From IMG/VR virus record IMGVR_UViG_3300028025_001698, positions 1 through 59,256 of that record: a DNA stretch of 59,256 nucleotides. One strand, given 5' to 3'. The number at the start of each line of letters is the position of its first letter. The first letter of the stretch is position 1. The notes under the pieces were generated by a model that was given only the letters and a program-made list of their open reading frames with translations, ran no database searches and had not been told where the DNA came from. Below, in pieces: positions 45,181-52,934 of the stretch. Source of the stretch: a virus. Its lineage: Duplodnaviria > Caudoviricetes. A program made the position numbers and the translations under genes.

Positions 45181-45684
45181 ATGACACAAGCAACAAACAC
45201 ACCTAACATCATCATCAAAGATGTAGCCTTATTCTGGGCTAAGTTAGATAAACCTGTATCACCTTTCGGTGTTGATCAGTATGAGTTACAGATCCAAGGT
45301 GACAAGAAGCGTGAGAAAGAGTTCTCTCAGTTCGGTAAAGTTAAAGTAATTGAAGGCGGTAAAATCTCTGTTAATCTTAAAAAGAAAGCTTTTAAGAAAG
45401 ATGGTACAGATGCCGCTAAAGTGCGTGTAGTAGACGCAGGTAAGAAAGAACTTGATCCAAAGTTGATTGGTAATGGTTCTATCGGTAATGTCATGGTGTA
45501 TTGCTCACCTTATGAAATTAAGCTTCCTAATGGTAAAATTAGTAAGTCTGGTATCTCTACCATGTTAGTAGCTGTTCAGGTTACTGATCTTGTTCGTTAT
45601 GAACGTAAATCTGAAAACTTTGTTGACTTTGATGTTGAAGGTGCTTCAGTTGATACAGATCAATCTGAAGAAGCAATGTTCTAA
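45181..45684 (+). CDS. Single-stranded DNA-binding protein (T7 gp2.5-like)
   Basis: FWAKL, VVDA...IGNGS, AVQVTDLV; acidic tail ending in F. Confidence 0.85.
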   Translation: MTQATNTPNIIIKDVALFWAKLDKPVSPFGVDQYELQIQGDKKREKEFSQFGKVKVIEGGKISVNLKKKAFKKDGTDAAKVRVVDAGKKELDPKLIGNGSIGNVMVYCSPYEIKLPNGKISKSGISTMLVAVQVTDLVRYERKSENFVDFDVEGASVDTDQSEEAMF

Positions 45685-45692
45685 ATAAATTA

Positions 45693-45740
45693 ATCCCTTG
45701 TGATAGTCCTTAACAGGTCTGTCATGAGGGATTTTTATTT
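45693..45740 (+). terminator. Long hairpin plus T-tract after SSB
   Basis: ATCCCTTGTGATAG.CCT-TAAC-AGG.CTGTCATGAGGGAT followed by TTTTATTT. Confidence 0.7.
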
Positions 45741-45776
45741 CTCTCTGTTCTTTTCTTTAAACTTAATGGATATAAA

Positions 45777-46148
45777 ATGAAACTCAATAAAACACAACGT
45801 GACTATGCTGTATCTCGTCTTGCTGATAAACTCTCTCAAAAACGTAATGCAGAAACTCCAGACTTTGTTCCGTCTAAGAAAACTGATATTAAAGAAATCT
45901 ATAATTTGCTAATTAGTGCAGGTGTTAAGATAACATCTGAATCTGACTTCGTTAATCGTAGCTGGAGGCTAACTGATCTTGGTGAAGTAATCATCTTCCC
46001 TGTTGGCTTTGATAAAGCACATGAAGAAAACCAACGTGTTCGTGATGAAATCCGTGTTAAATATGAAACTATCCAACAAGAATTAACAGATAAACTGTAT
46101 CTCTGTGATGAAGCACAAGAAGCTCTCGACTTAATCAACTCAATCTAA
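45777..46148 (+). CDS. Hypothetical protein
   Basis: 123-aa ORF in the + operon. Confidence 0.75.
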   Translation: MKLNKTQRDYAVSRLADKLSQKRNAETPDFVPSKKTDIKEIYNLLISAGVKITSESDFVNRSWRLTDLGEVIIFPVGFDKAHEENQRVRDEIRVKYETIQQELTDKLYLCDEAQEALDLINSI

Positions 46149-46158
46149 AGGAAATATC

Positions 46159-46446
46159 ATGTTAGAACTCAATCCATTCTTCTCCACAACTCTGCAATTT
46201 GAAGTAAATCAAATTGAAAAAGTACCTGAGAACGCATATGATGTAAGCACTTGGGAACAAGGTAAAGGTGTGTATTACTGCAAAGAAAATGACAACCTGT
46301 ATTTCGTAGGTAAATACTCTGTAGATAACATCTATAGTGTAAGTGATAAAGGTTTCTTTACTGTTGTTGAGAACACCTTTGAAACACCTAAAGTTGATGA
46401 GCATCTAATGCTTAAAATCGTAGCTGCAACTCACGGACACCTATGA
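46159..46446 (+). CDS. Hypothetical protein
   Basis: AAGGA RBS. Confidence 0.75.
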   Translation: MLELNPFFSTTLQFEVNQIEKVPENAYDVSTWEQGKGVYYCKENDNLYFVGKYSVDNIYSVSDKGFFTVVENTFETPKVDEHLMLKIVAATHGHL

Positions 46447-46670
46447 AACCTGATGCTTTCTCATTAGAGCAAGCTATCATGGAATGTTGGCAAGTATGCG
46501 ATGATCTCAAAGAAGAAATGGATCGTCAAGTACTTGCCAAATACTACCAAATGAAGTTTGAAAAACTCTGGAATATCTTTGAGGAATTAACACATGACAG
46601 ATACTTTAATCCTGCTACCAGAAAAACACCGACACCTAATCCGTTCAACGATGAAACATCTTCTTCATGA
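46443..46670 (+). CDS. Hypothetical protein
   Basis: FSLEQAIMECWQVCDDL...KFEKLW; ATGA overlap. Confidence 0.7.
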   Translation: MKPDAFSLEQAIMECWQVCDDLKEEMDRQVLAKYYQMKFEKLWNIFEELTHDRYFNPATRKTPTPNPFNDETSSS

Positions 46671-46848
46671 ACGTGAAGGTGATCTCGACTTCTGTAATGA
46701 TATGATAACAATGCACTGGAATTGTTCTAACAAAGACAAGCCCGAAAGTGCAAGAGCATTCAAAAACCTTAACCACTACAAGGATTACAAACGTAAACTT
46801 CGTAAAGAACTAACCACAATCCGTTCAATTCTACAGGTAATGAAATGA
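46651..46848 (+). CDS. Hypothetical protein
   Basis: Coupled ORF; start uncertain (46594 or 46651). Confidence 0.55.
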   Translation: MKHLLHEREGDLDFCNDMITMHWNCSNKDKPESARAFKNLNHYKDYKRKLRKELTTIRSILQVMK

Positions 46849-47081
46849 AATATAACCACTGGTATTATACTGATAATGCAGACTTTGAATGCACTATTGA
46901 AGCTGAGAAAGGTAGTTTATGTCAAATCCGTGATGAAAAAGGAGGCTATGAACCAGACTATGCAGATGAAATCTATGTTACTGAAGTTAAGCACAAAGAT
47001 ACTGATATCATTGATGTTATCCATCCAGATGTACTACGTGATATCGTATCTCAATTCGTTGAAGTAAATTCCTCACTCTGA
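46845..47081 (+). CDS. Hypothetical protein
   Basis: ATGA overlap. Confidence 0.7.
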   Translation: MKYNHWYYTDNADFECTIEAEKGSLCQIRDEKGGYEPDYADEIYVTEVKHKDTDIIDVIHPDVLRDIVSQFVEVNSSL

Positions 47082-47090
47082 AAGACTAAA

Positions 47091-47534
47091 ATGCAAAATC
47101 CATTATCCGAGTATCGTAGTAATCTCTTTGCTACACATGATAGCCTTGATGAATCCTTCTCATACTTAAACAGTGTGATGGCAGGTGTCTCAAATAATGA
47201 TCGTGCAGGTGTTGATGTAGCTGTTCGTTGTATGATTAACACAATTGCAAAACAAATTGATAATGTATATCATCCAGACAAATACCAGTCTATCGAGTCT
47301 GTTGTTACTAAATACCTTGATGATGTCCTTGCAGTACGTGTTGAAGAAATCGTCAATGAACGTATCAGCACTGCTCTAGATCAATACATGGAAGATGTGT
47401 TTGATATCACTGACTATGATCATGAAATCGATTGGGAGGATCGTATCAGTTCTAACCTTGATAGAAGTGTTATCGCTGACCTTGTTGAAGAAGCAATTAA
47501 AGACAACATAACATTCGAGGTAACTGTATCGTGA
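47091..47534 (+). CDS. Acidic hypothetical protein
   Basis: 147-aa ORF. Confidence 0.75.
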   Translation: MQNPLSEYRSNLFATHDSLDESFSYLNSVMAGVSNNDRAGVDVAVRCMINTIAKQIDNVYHPDKYQSIESVVTKYLDDVLAVRVEEIVNERISTALDQYMEDVFDITDYDHEIDWEDRISSNLDRSVIADLVEEAIKDNITFEVTVS

Positions 47535-47764
47535 ACCAACCAGAGTCTAACGGCTACTTTGTCTTCGTAAAGCAAGGTTATGATCGAGCCTACTATTGTG
47601 TAGCAGGTCGTGATATCAAACTTCAAGACGCTGTATGCTATCTATTCCCAAATGAAGCAGCTAATGTATGTACAACAATGAACATGAGATTTAATGATGA
47701 ACACCGTCAAAAAGAAACGCTCAATGAATCCAGAAGTACTAGCCAAGGGCAAAGCAGCTCTTGA
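47531..47764 (+). CDS. Hypothetical protein
   Basis: GTGA overlap; GAGG RBS. Confidence 0.6.
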   Translation: MNQPESNGYFVFVKQGYDRAYYCVAGRDIKLQDAVCYLFPNEAANVCTTMNMRFNDEHRQKETLNESRSTSQGQSSS

Positions 47765-47999
47765 ACAGTGGCGTAAAGAAAAAGCTTATGCTGTAAAAAA
47801 AGGTGGTAAGTTCCTTGAAGCATGGAATGAAGAACAAGAGTTAAAGAAAGCTCAAAAACGTACTTCACCCATGCAAGCAATCAAAAACTTTTGTAATGAC
47901 TGTGTAGGAGGTATTCGTACAGACATAACCAACTGTACTGCTAAACAATGTTCTCTGTATATCTATCGACCATACAAAAAAGGTGATGACAATGAATGA
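47724..47999 (+). CDS. Basic protein with C-terminal Cys4 zinc-binding motif
   Basis: AIKNFCNDC...C....CSLY.YRP. Start uncertain. Confidence 0.7.
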   Translation: MNPEVLAKGKAALEQWRKEKAYAVKKGGKFLEAWNEEQELKKAQKRTSPMQAIKNFCNDCVGGIRTDITNCTAKQCSLYIYRPYKKGDDNE

Positions 48000-48138
48000 A
48001 TACTGCTTTCAAATCAGTGCTACCCGTACAATCTGGGTATGCGCTATTGATGAAGAAGAAGCTGAATCCAAAGTCTATGAAGAAGTCGGCTATGATCCCG
48101 GTGAAATGGAACTTGTTGACGTTAACTTTGATATATGA
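47992..48138 (+). CDS. Small acidic protein, 48 aa (not in ORF track)
   Basis: MNEYCFQISATRTIWVCAIDEEEAE...; overlaps both neighbours. Confidence 0.6.
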   Translation: MNEYCFQISATRTIWVCAIDEEEAESKVYEEVGYDPGEMELVDVNFDI

Positions 48139-48401
48139 AACTCTACGACCTACCCAGAGGATCATACTTCACTTTAATCGGTGATACACAAATACCACCT
48201 AAAGCAAGACATCCTAATCTTGATAAAACCTATAAACTAGGTAACATAGATGGTATGTACTCACACTGTTCTGATAACACAGGTAACATATACCATTTTG
48301 CCGCATGGTCTGAAATTAATGAGGTAACTGATAATGATAGCATACAAACTTTTCAGGAAACGTACAGACAATACCTACGGACCACTCTTTATCAATCGTA
48401 A
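48135..48401 (+). CDS. Hypothetical protein
   Basis: MKLYDLPRGS...IDGMYSHC; ATGA overlap. Confidence 0.65.
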   Translation: MKLYDLPRGSYFTLIGDTQIPPKARHPNLDKTYKLGNIDGMYSHCSDNTGNIYHFAAWSEINEVTDNDSIQTFQETYRQYLRTTLYQS

Positions 48402-48633
48402 ACAACGACTAGAAAAAGATGTATGGTACTTCGCTGAAGATCATAAGACAAAAGGTTATGCACATCGTCCAGGATGGCATGCATGTGCTGAACCTATTGC
48501 ACCACACCTATCTAAGAAAGGTCGTGTATGGTGTAAAGTAAAAATCAATGATCTTGTACGTCACCAAAGACCTGAGTCTCAAGGCGGTCTCTGGTTTACT
48601 GCTAATGTACTTAAAATAATCGAGGAACTATGA
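48334..48633 (+). CDS. Conserved-type phage hypothetical protein
   Basis: YKLFR...PLFI...RPGWH...APHL...SQGG.W pattern. Confidence 0.75.
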   Translation: MIAYKLFRKRTDNTYGPLFINRKQRLEKDVWYFAEDHKTKGYAHRPGWHACAEPIAPHLSKKGRVWCKVKINDLVRHQRPESQGGLWFTANVLKIIEEL

Positions 48634-48779
48634 GTTCAACACTAATCGCAATCATCGGCATAGTCTATCTAGGTGTATGTATTGACCTGTTCCTTAAAGG
48701 AAGTCTAGGTCTAAGCATTGCATTCTTAGGTTATGCTATCGGCAATGTAGGTTTATACTTGGAGACAATGACTAAATGA
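48630..48779 (+). CDS. Small membrane protein, 49 aa (not in ORF track)
   Basis: MSSTLIAIIGIVYLGV...FLGYAIGNVGL; ATGA overlaps on both sides. Confidence 0.7.
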   Translation: MSSTLIAIIGIVYLGVCIDLFLKGSLGLSIAFLGYAIGNVGLYLETMTK

Positions 48780-49183
48780 ATCGTAGAACAATCTACCTTG
48801 CGGGTCCAATGGAACACGTATCTACTGAAGAAGCTAAAGGTTGGCGATCAACAGCGACCCACCTGTTAGCTCACTCTTCAAACATACTTAACCCATGCAG
48901 ACGTATTCATGCATTTCAACCTAAATATATGAAACGTATATTTGAGCTTGATCTTCGTGATATCCGTGAATCTGACTTAATATTAGCAAACTTGAATGAT
49001 CCAACTGTTCCTAAACACGGTACAGCTATGGAAGTATTCTATGCTGCTTATGTATTAAAAATCCCTGTTGTAGCGTTTAAAGAAGACAATACAACAATTC
49101 ATCCTTTCTTTGAATCCCTTGTAACTGAATGGAGGTCTACTGTCGATAAAGCTTGTGATACAATCTTAGCGGAGTACTTATAA
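48776..49183 (+). CDS. Nucleoside 2-deoxyribosyltransferase / NMP N-glycosidase family protein
   Basis: IYLAGPM...LNP...DLRDIRESD...GTAMEV...IPVV. Confidence 0.85.
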   Translation: MNRRTIYLAGPMEHVSTEEAKGWRSTATHLLAHSSNILNPCRRIHAFQPKYMKRIFELDLRDIRESDLILANLNDPTVPKHGTAMEVFYAAYVLKIPVVAFKEDNTTIHPFFESLVTEWRSTVDKACDTILAEYL

Positions 49184-49249
49184 TGTGGGGTGTATTGCTT
49201 ATCATAGTAATCTACTACATCTGGTACTGCGTTGCATTTAAGGAATAAT

Positions 49250-49492
49250 ATGCCATACATAACTGAAAAAGCCCGTCAATCACCACACATGCTCAACTAT
49301 GAGCCACACTGTGCAGGTGAATTAAACTTCCTGATCACAACATTCATTCGTGACTACTACAACAAAAGCCCATCATATCAATCTGTAAATGATGTTGTTG
49401 GCGCACTTGAAGGAGCTAAACTAGAATTCTATCGTAGAATTGCCGCCCCTTATGAAGATACTAAAATCATTATGAACGGAGATGTATACTAA
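49250..49492 (+). CDS. Conserved-type phage hypothetical protein
   Basis: MPYI...GELNF...GALEGAKLEFYRR..APYED.KI..NGDV; AAGGA RBS. Confidence 0.75.
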   Translation: MPYITEKARQSPHMLNYEPHCAGELNFLITTFIRDYYNKSPSYQSVNDVVGALEGAKLEFYRRIAAPYEDTKIIMNGDVY

Positions 49493-49920
49493 TGGAAATC
49501 ACAATGAAACCAAAACCAGTGCCACAGTCACGTATCGACAAAATCCTATCACATTGGGATGAAGAAGATTTCTTTGATATTCAATCTAAAAAGTTGCTTG
49601 AAAAAGAACGTATAGAAATGGAAAAAGGTTGGTCTGAAGCATTCGGTATAGAATACAACAAGGAAATTGATATGGAATCTGCTAAATTAGATGCTATTAA
49701 CCCTCCACACTACAAAAACGTAGCCGCAGGTAAACAATACATGGAACTCATGGTTGACATGCTTGAAGGTAAGTCAGGTGTTGAAGCTCACTTGTTCGGT
49801 CAAGTGTATAAGTACCTGATGCGTTGTGGTAATAAAGACCAAGAAGTACAAGAGTTGAACAAAGCTCTGTGGTATCTTCAGGCACTCATCAAGTACAAGT
49901 CTGAAGGTAAAGTACTGTGA
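49492..49920 (+). CDS. DUF3310 domain protein (T7 gp1.7 nucleotide kinase-like)
   Basis: DAINPPHY...KYLMR.G.K...ELNKALWYL. Confidence 0.8.
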   Translation: MEITMKPKPVPQSRIDKILSHWDEEDFFDIQSKKLLEKERIEMEKGWSEAFGIEYNKEIDMESAKLDAINPPHYKNVAAGKQYMELMVDMLEGKSGVEAHLFGQVYKYLMRCGNKDQEVQELNKALWYLQALIKYKSEGKVL

Positions 49921-50153
49921 GTGAACACAAAGTAGTCCATTACTTTGGAACTCCAACATTCCATAAAGTTGACTTCAATGATATTACATTAACATTCGCA
50001 TCTATTCCACTAGTATTAGATCATCCTAAACTAGGTAGATGCTTTGATGTAAGATCTTCTGTAGTCTGTTCAGGAATAGACGATGAAGGGTCATTCTATA
50101 CAATGAATACTTATTACAAAAAAGCAACTAATGAACCACATCAAGACGATTAA
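49917..50153 (+). CDS. Hypothetical protein
   Basis: DHPKLG...VRSS...F.TMNT.Y pattern; GTGA overlap. Confidence 0.7.
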   Translation: MSEHKVVHYFGTPTFHKVDFNDITLTFASIPLVLDHPKLGRCFDVRSSVVCSGIDDEGSFYTMNTYYKKATNEPHQDD

Positions 50154-50745
50154 ACGTTTTGTCGCTGGAAGTATTAAGTTCTTCGACATCTATGAATGCA
50201 CTGTAGATGAAGTTGATACTTATACTTCTAGCACTGGCAAATCTATGGTTAAAGTGTCTATTGAAGGCAAAGAGTATAATGGTCTCCATAACAAATGGGT
50301 CTATGAATATCTCTGCGCCAACGAAGGACAGCCATCTTTTGTAGTCTTCTGGAAAGCCCCTAAAGGTGATCCTATGGTAGCCTACGTTAAAGAGATATGG
50401 CAGAATCACATTGATGGTACTCCACAAGAAACTGTCTATCTAGCAGATGATGCTGAAGCACATAAACAAGAGGGTGACTCTTTCCTGTATATGTGGGTTA
50501 ACAAAGATACCGATAAGAAATACATTGGTAAACACAGAGGTAAACCTGATGATGGTTATGTGTGTTCGTCTGAAAGCTTTATGGCTGAATACAATGAATG
50601 TCCATCGAGATTCATCAGAACAATCCTTGAATATGGTTCTGATCAAGAAATGCTTGAGTTAGAAACCATTATGCTTCTGCAGTTAAAGACTCGTATGAGT
50701 CCACTGTACTATAACCTTTCAAACAATCTTAATAAGGATAATTGA
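50131..50745 (+). CDS. Two-domain protein: unknown beta-rich N-terminus plus Seg-like GIY-YIG nuclease
   Basis: FLYMWVN...KKYIGKH...DDGYVCSS...R.IL...E...YYNL. Confidence 0.7.
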   Translation: MNHIKTIKRFVAGSIKFFDIYECTVDEVDTYTSSTGKSMVKVSIEGKEYNGLHNKWVYEYLCANEGQPSFVVFWKAPKGDPMVAYVKEIWQNHIDGTPQETVYLADDAEAHKQEGDSFLYMWVNKDTDKKYIGKHRGKPDDGYVCSSESFMAEYNECPSRFIRTILEYGSDQEMLELETIMLLQLKTRMSPLYYNLSNNLNKDN

Positions 50746-50746
50746 T

Positions 50747-51004
50747 ATGGCAAAATCACATGATGTTAAACATGACTTCACTATTAAATTAGGTGGTCAA
50801 AACTATGAGATTCAAATTAGCCCTAGCACTAACTATGGATGGTTTGAACATAAAGAACTTGGTGACGAATCAGGTGGAGGTCTCTGGTTTGATCGTGGAA
50901 TGTTCCTGATTGACTATGATGGGGTATATGAGTTACCCTCAGAAGTTAAAGATAGCCTAATCAGGTTTGGTTATATTGATCCACTAGAGGTTGAACAATG
51001 GTAA
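50747..51004 (+). CDS. Hypothetical protein
   Basis: GWFEH...GGLWF...DYDGVYELP; AAGGA RBS. Confidence 0.75.
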   Translation: MAKSHDVKHDFTIKLGGQNYEIQISPSTNYGWFEHKELGDESGGGLWFDRGMFLIDYDGVYELPSEVKDSLIRFGYIDPLEVEQW

Positions 51005-51198
51005 TTGATATTGATGATGAAGTAGTTGACAAGTTAGTGTCTGCAAATATTAAAAAGTCATATGAGCTTTTATCTGATCCTAGATTCCAAAAAGGAATGT
51101 ATAGCATGGATGAATATGAAAACTTAGTCATGATAAATCTTTTGCGCAGAGCTATGGAAAGAGTATACGAGTACTATAGCTCAGACAAACTCGATTAA
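50998..51198 (+). CDS. Hypothetical protein
   Basis: GAGG RBS; coupled ORF. Confidence 0.65.
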   Translation: MVIDIDDEVVDKLVSANIKKSYELLSDPRFQKGMYSMDEYENLVMINLLRRAMERVYEYYSSDKLD

Positions 51199-51213
51199 AA
51201 TCAACACAACCAC

Positions 51214-51229
51214 AGTCGGTACCTTATAG
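51214..51229 (+). promoter_or_regulatory. Phage RNAP promoter candidate AGTCGGTACCTtATAG
   Basis: 15/16 match, intergenic, heading the replication operon. Confidence 0.78.
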
Positions 51230-51246
51230 ATACACACGGAGAACCT

Positions 51247-51414
51247 ATGAAAAAGTATGTTGTAACTTGCTGTTTTGAAATCAACTATGAGCCAGAAACA
51301 ATGGCTGATATTGATACTATCATCCATGAGATGGTCAAGGAAGACTATCTAGACATCTATAACGGTGAAATGTTTTATGTAGTACAAGCAGAGGAAATTA
51401 ATGAACAGAGATAA
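51247..51414 (+). CDS. Small protein, 55 aa (not in ORF track)
   Basis: GGAG RBS; MKKYVVTCCFE... Confidence 0.65.
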   Translation: MKKYVVTCCFEINYEPETMADIDTIIHEMVKEDYLDIYNGEMFYVVQAEEINEQR

Positions 51415-51679
51415 GGCGTATACACTGTATACAACAGCTGAAGAATGTAATGAGGTCTCTCAAAACATTATGAAGGTACTGAGGTTTGGTCTTGATACAA
51501 TCTATCCTAAAGATGGTAAAGAAAGTAATCGAGATAAACTTGAGGAAGAAATGGGTCAATTAATGTTTTGTCTTAATCACTTGATATCCGATCTGGATTT
51601 AAGTGAAGACAATATCATGAATGCCTATAACGAGAAAGCTAATACATGGTTAAAATGGAAAGCCTATTATGTTAATTGA
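51401..51679 (+). CDS. MazG-like NTP pyrophosphohydrolase
   Basis: AEECNEVSQ..MK.LRFG...LEEEMGQL. Confidence 0.75.
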   Translation: MNRDKAYTLYTTAEECNEVSQNIMKVLRFGLDTIYPKDGKESNRDKLEEEMGQLMFCLNHLISDLDLSEDNIMNAYNEKANTWLKWKAYYVN

Positions 51680-51830
51680 TACAGCACAAGAAGGTGTAGT
51701 ACGGGTTACTATTGACTTCTTTACACCACTAACAGATGAACTTGAGTATAAGCTACACTATATTCTGGATAGTATAGCTGAACTTGAGTATGACTATGAC
51801 AGAGAGGTAGAACTTGAAATCGCAAAGTGA
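51669..51830 (+). CDS. Small acidic protein, 53 aa (not in ORF track)
   Basis: Fills the gap and overlaps both neighbours. Confidence 0.55.
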   Translation: MLIDTAQEGVVRVTIDFFTPLTDELEYKLHYILDSIAELEYDYDREVELEIAK

Positions 51831-52269
51831 CTGGGATCTGTTCTATATGCGTATTGCTAACCTGATTTCTCAACAGTCATACGCAGAAGATCGTAAGGTT
51901 GGTGCTATCATTGTCAAAGATGATAACATCATTTCATTCTCATACAACGGTACACCACGAGGGACTAACAATGATACCCAAGTACATGAGGTTCTCCATG
52001 CAGAGGCTCAAGCAATTGCCAAAGTTTCCCGTTCTAATCAATCTACTGTGGGTGCTACTCTCTATAGCACTCTTGCCCCTTGCATTGATTGTGCTAAGCT
52101 TGTATACGCTGTTGGGATTCATCGAGTGGTTTTTAGAGACCCTTATAAGTGCTCTAGAGGGCTTGAATTCCTAACTAATCAAGGTGTTATCATCAATAAC
52201 ACACAACTCCACGAAGCATTCATTGATCCAATGTTGCTGATTAACACAGGACTATACAACAATGACTGA
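51814..52269 (+). CDS. dCMP deaminase
   Basis: KVGA...YNG.P...HAE...PCIDC zinc-deaminase motifs. Confidence 0.9.
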   Translation: MKSQSDWDLFYMRIANLISQQSYAEDRKVGAIIVKDDNIISFSYNGTPRGTNNDTQVHEVLHAEAQAIAKVSRSNQSTVGATLYSTLAPCIDCAKLVYAVGIHRVVFRDPYKCSRGLEFLTNQGVIINNTQLHEAFIDPMLLINTGLYNND

Positions 52270-52462
52270 AACAACAGCACTACTTGCAATTAGTTTAGTA
52301 GCGTTAGGCGCATACAACTGGCATCTCCATACAATTATTCAAGGGCTTAACGATCAACTCGATAACTTCCTTGAGATGGTCATGGAGATGGCTAAAGAAC
52401 TACAAGAACTTGGGTCACCTAATGTAAAGGTAGTTGATGATAAAATCAAAGAAAACCTATGA
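52262..52462 (+). CDS. Small membrane-anchored protein
   Basis: N-terminal hydrophobic helix plus coiled coil. Confidence 0.6.
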   Translation: MTETTALLAISLVALGAYNWHLHTIIQGLNDQLDNFLEMVMEMAKELQELGSPNVKVVDDKIKENL

Positions 52463-52934
52463 TAGACCTAAGAATATCCGTGTGACAGTAGCTTGTCTAC
52501 CTGATGCTGAGAAAGACGTAAGGCAAATGTTCTTTGATTGTCTTAATGATTACAGCAAACGTTTCAAGGTACCTATCACGGATAAAAAGTTTGTAGTGCA
52601 TATTTGCTTAATTGAATATGAAGAAAACTGTAATGAACAGGGATTAACCATATACAACGATGTAGATAGGCGTATTCTTATTCAGTTAAGAGACCCACTA
52701 TTAAACGAGTGGGGTCCAAACCACTATGTCATGGATAAGTTTATTAACATTCTTGCCCATGAAATTGTACATGCATGTCAGTACCTATGCAATCGTAAGA
52801 TACCTAAGTTTAATAAACTAAATTACGATAAAAAAGATTTAAGAGAGCAATACTTCTTTGATCCCTCAGAAATGGAGGCTCGAATGTTAGAGGCTCCATA
52901 CACATCATTCTACGGGAGTATACTCAATGAGTAA
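52434..52934 (+). CDS. Zincin-like metallopeptidase (HEXXH)
   Basis: ILAHEIVHACQY...Y...P.E.EAR. Confidence 0.8.
   Translation: MMIKSKKTYDRPKNIRVTVACLPDAEKDVRQMFFDCLNDYSKRFKVPITDKKFVVHICLIEYEENCNEQGLTIYNDVDRRILIQLRDPLLNEWGPNHYVMDKFINILAHEIVHACQYLCNRKIPKFNKLNYDKKDLREQYFFDPSEMEARMLEAPYTSFYGSILNE

Noticed and set aside
47996-48184. 62-aa ORF from the track
   Set aside because: The alternative frame 47992-48138 couples cleanly to both neighbours and looks more protein-like.
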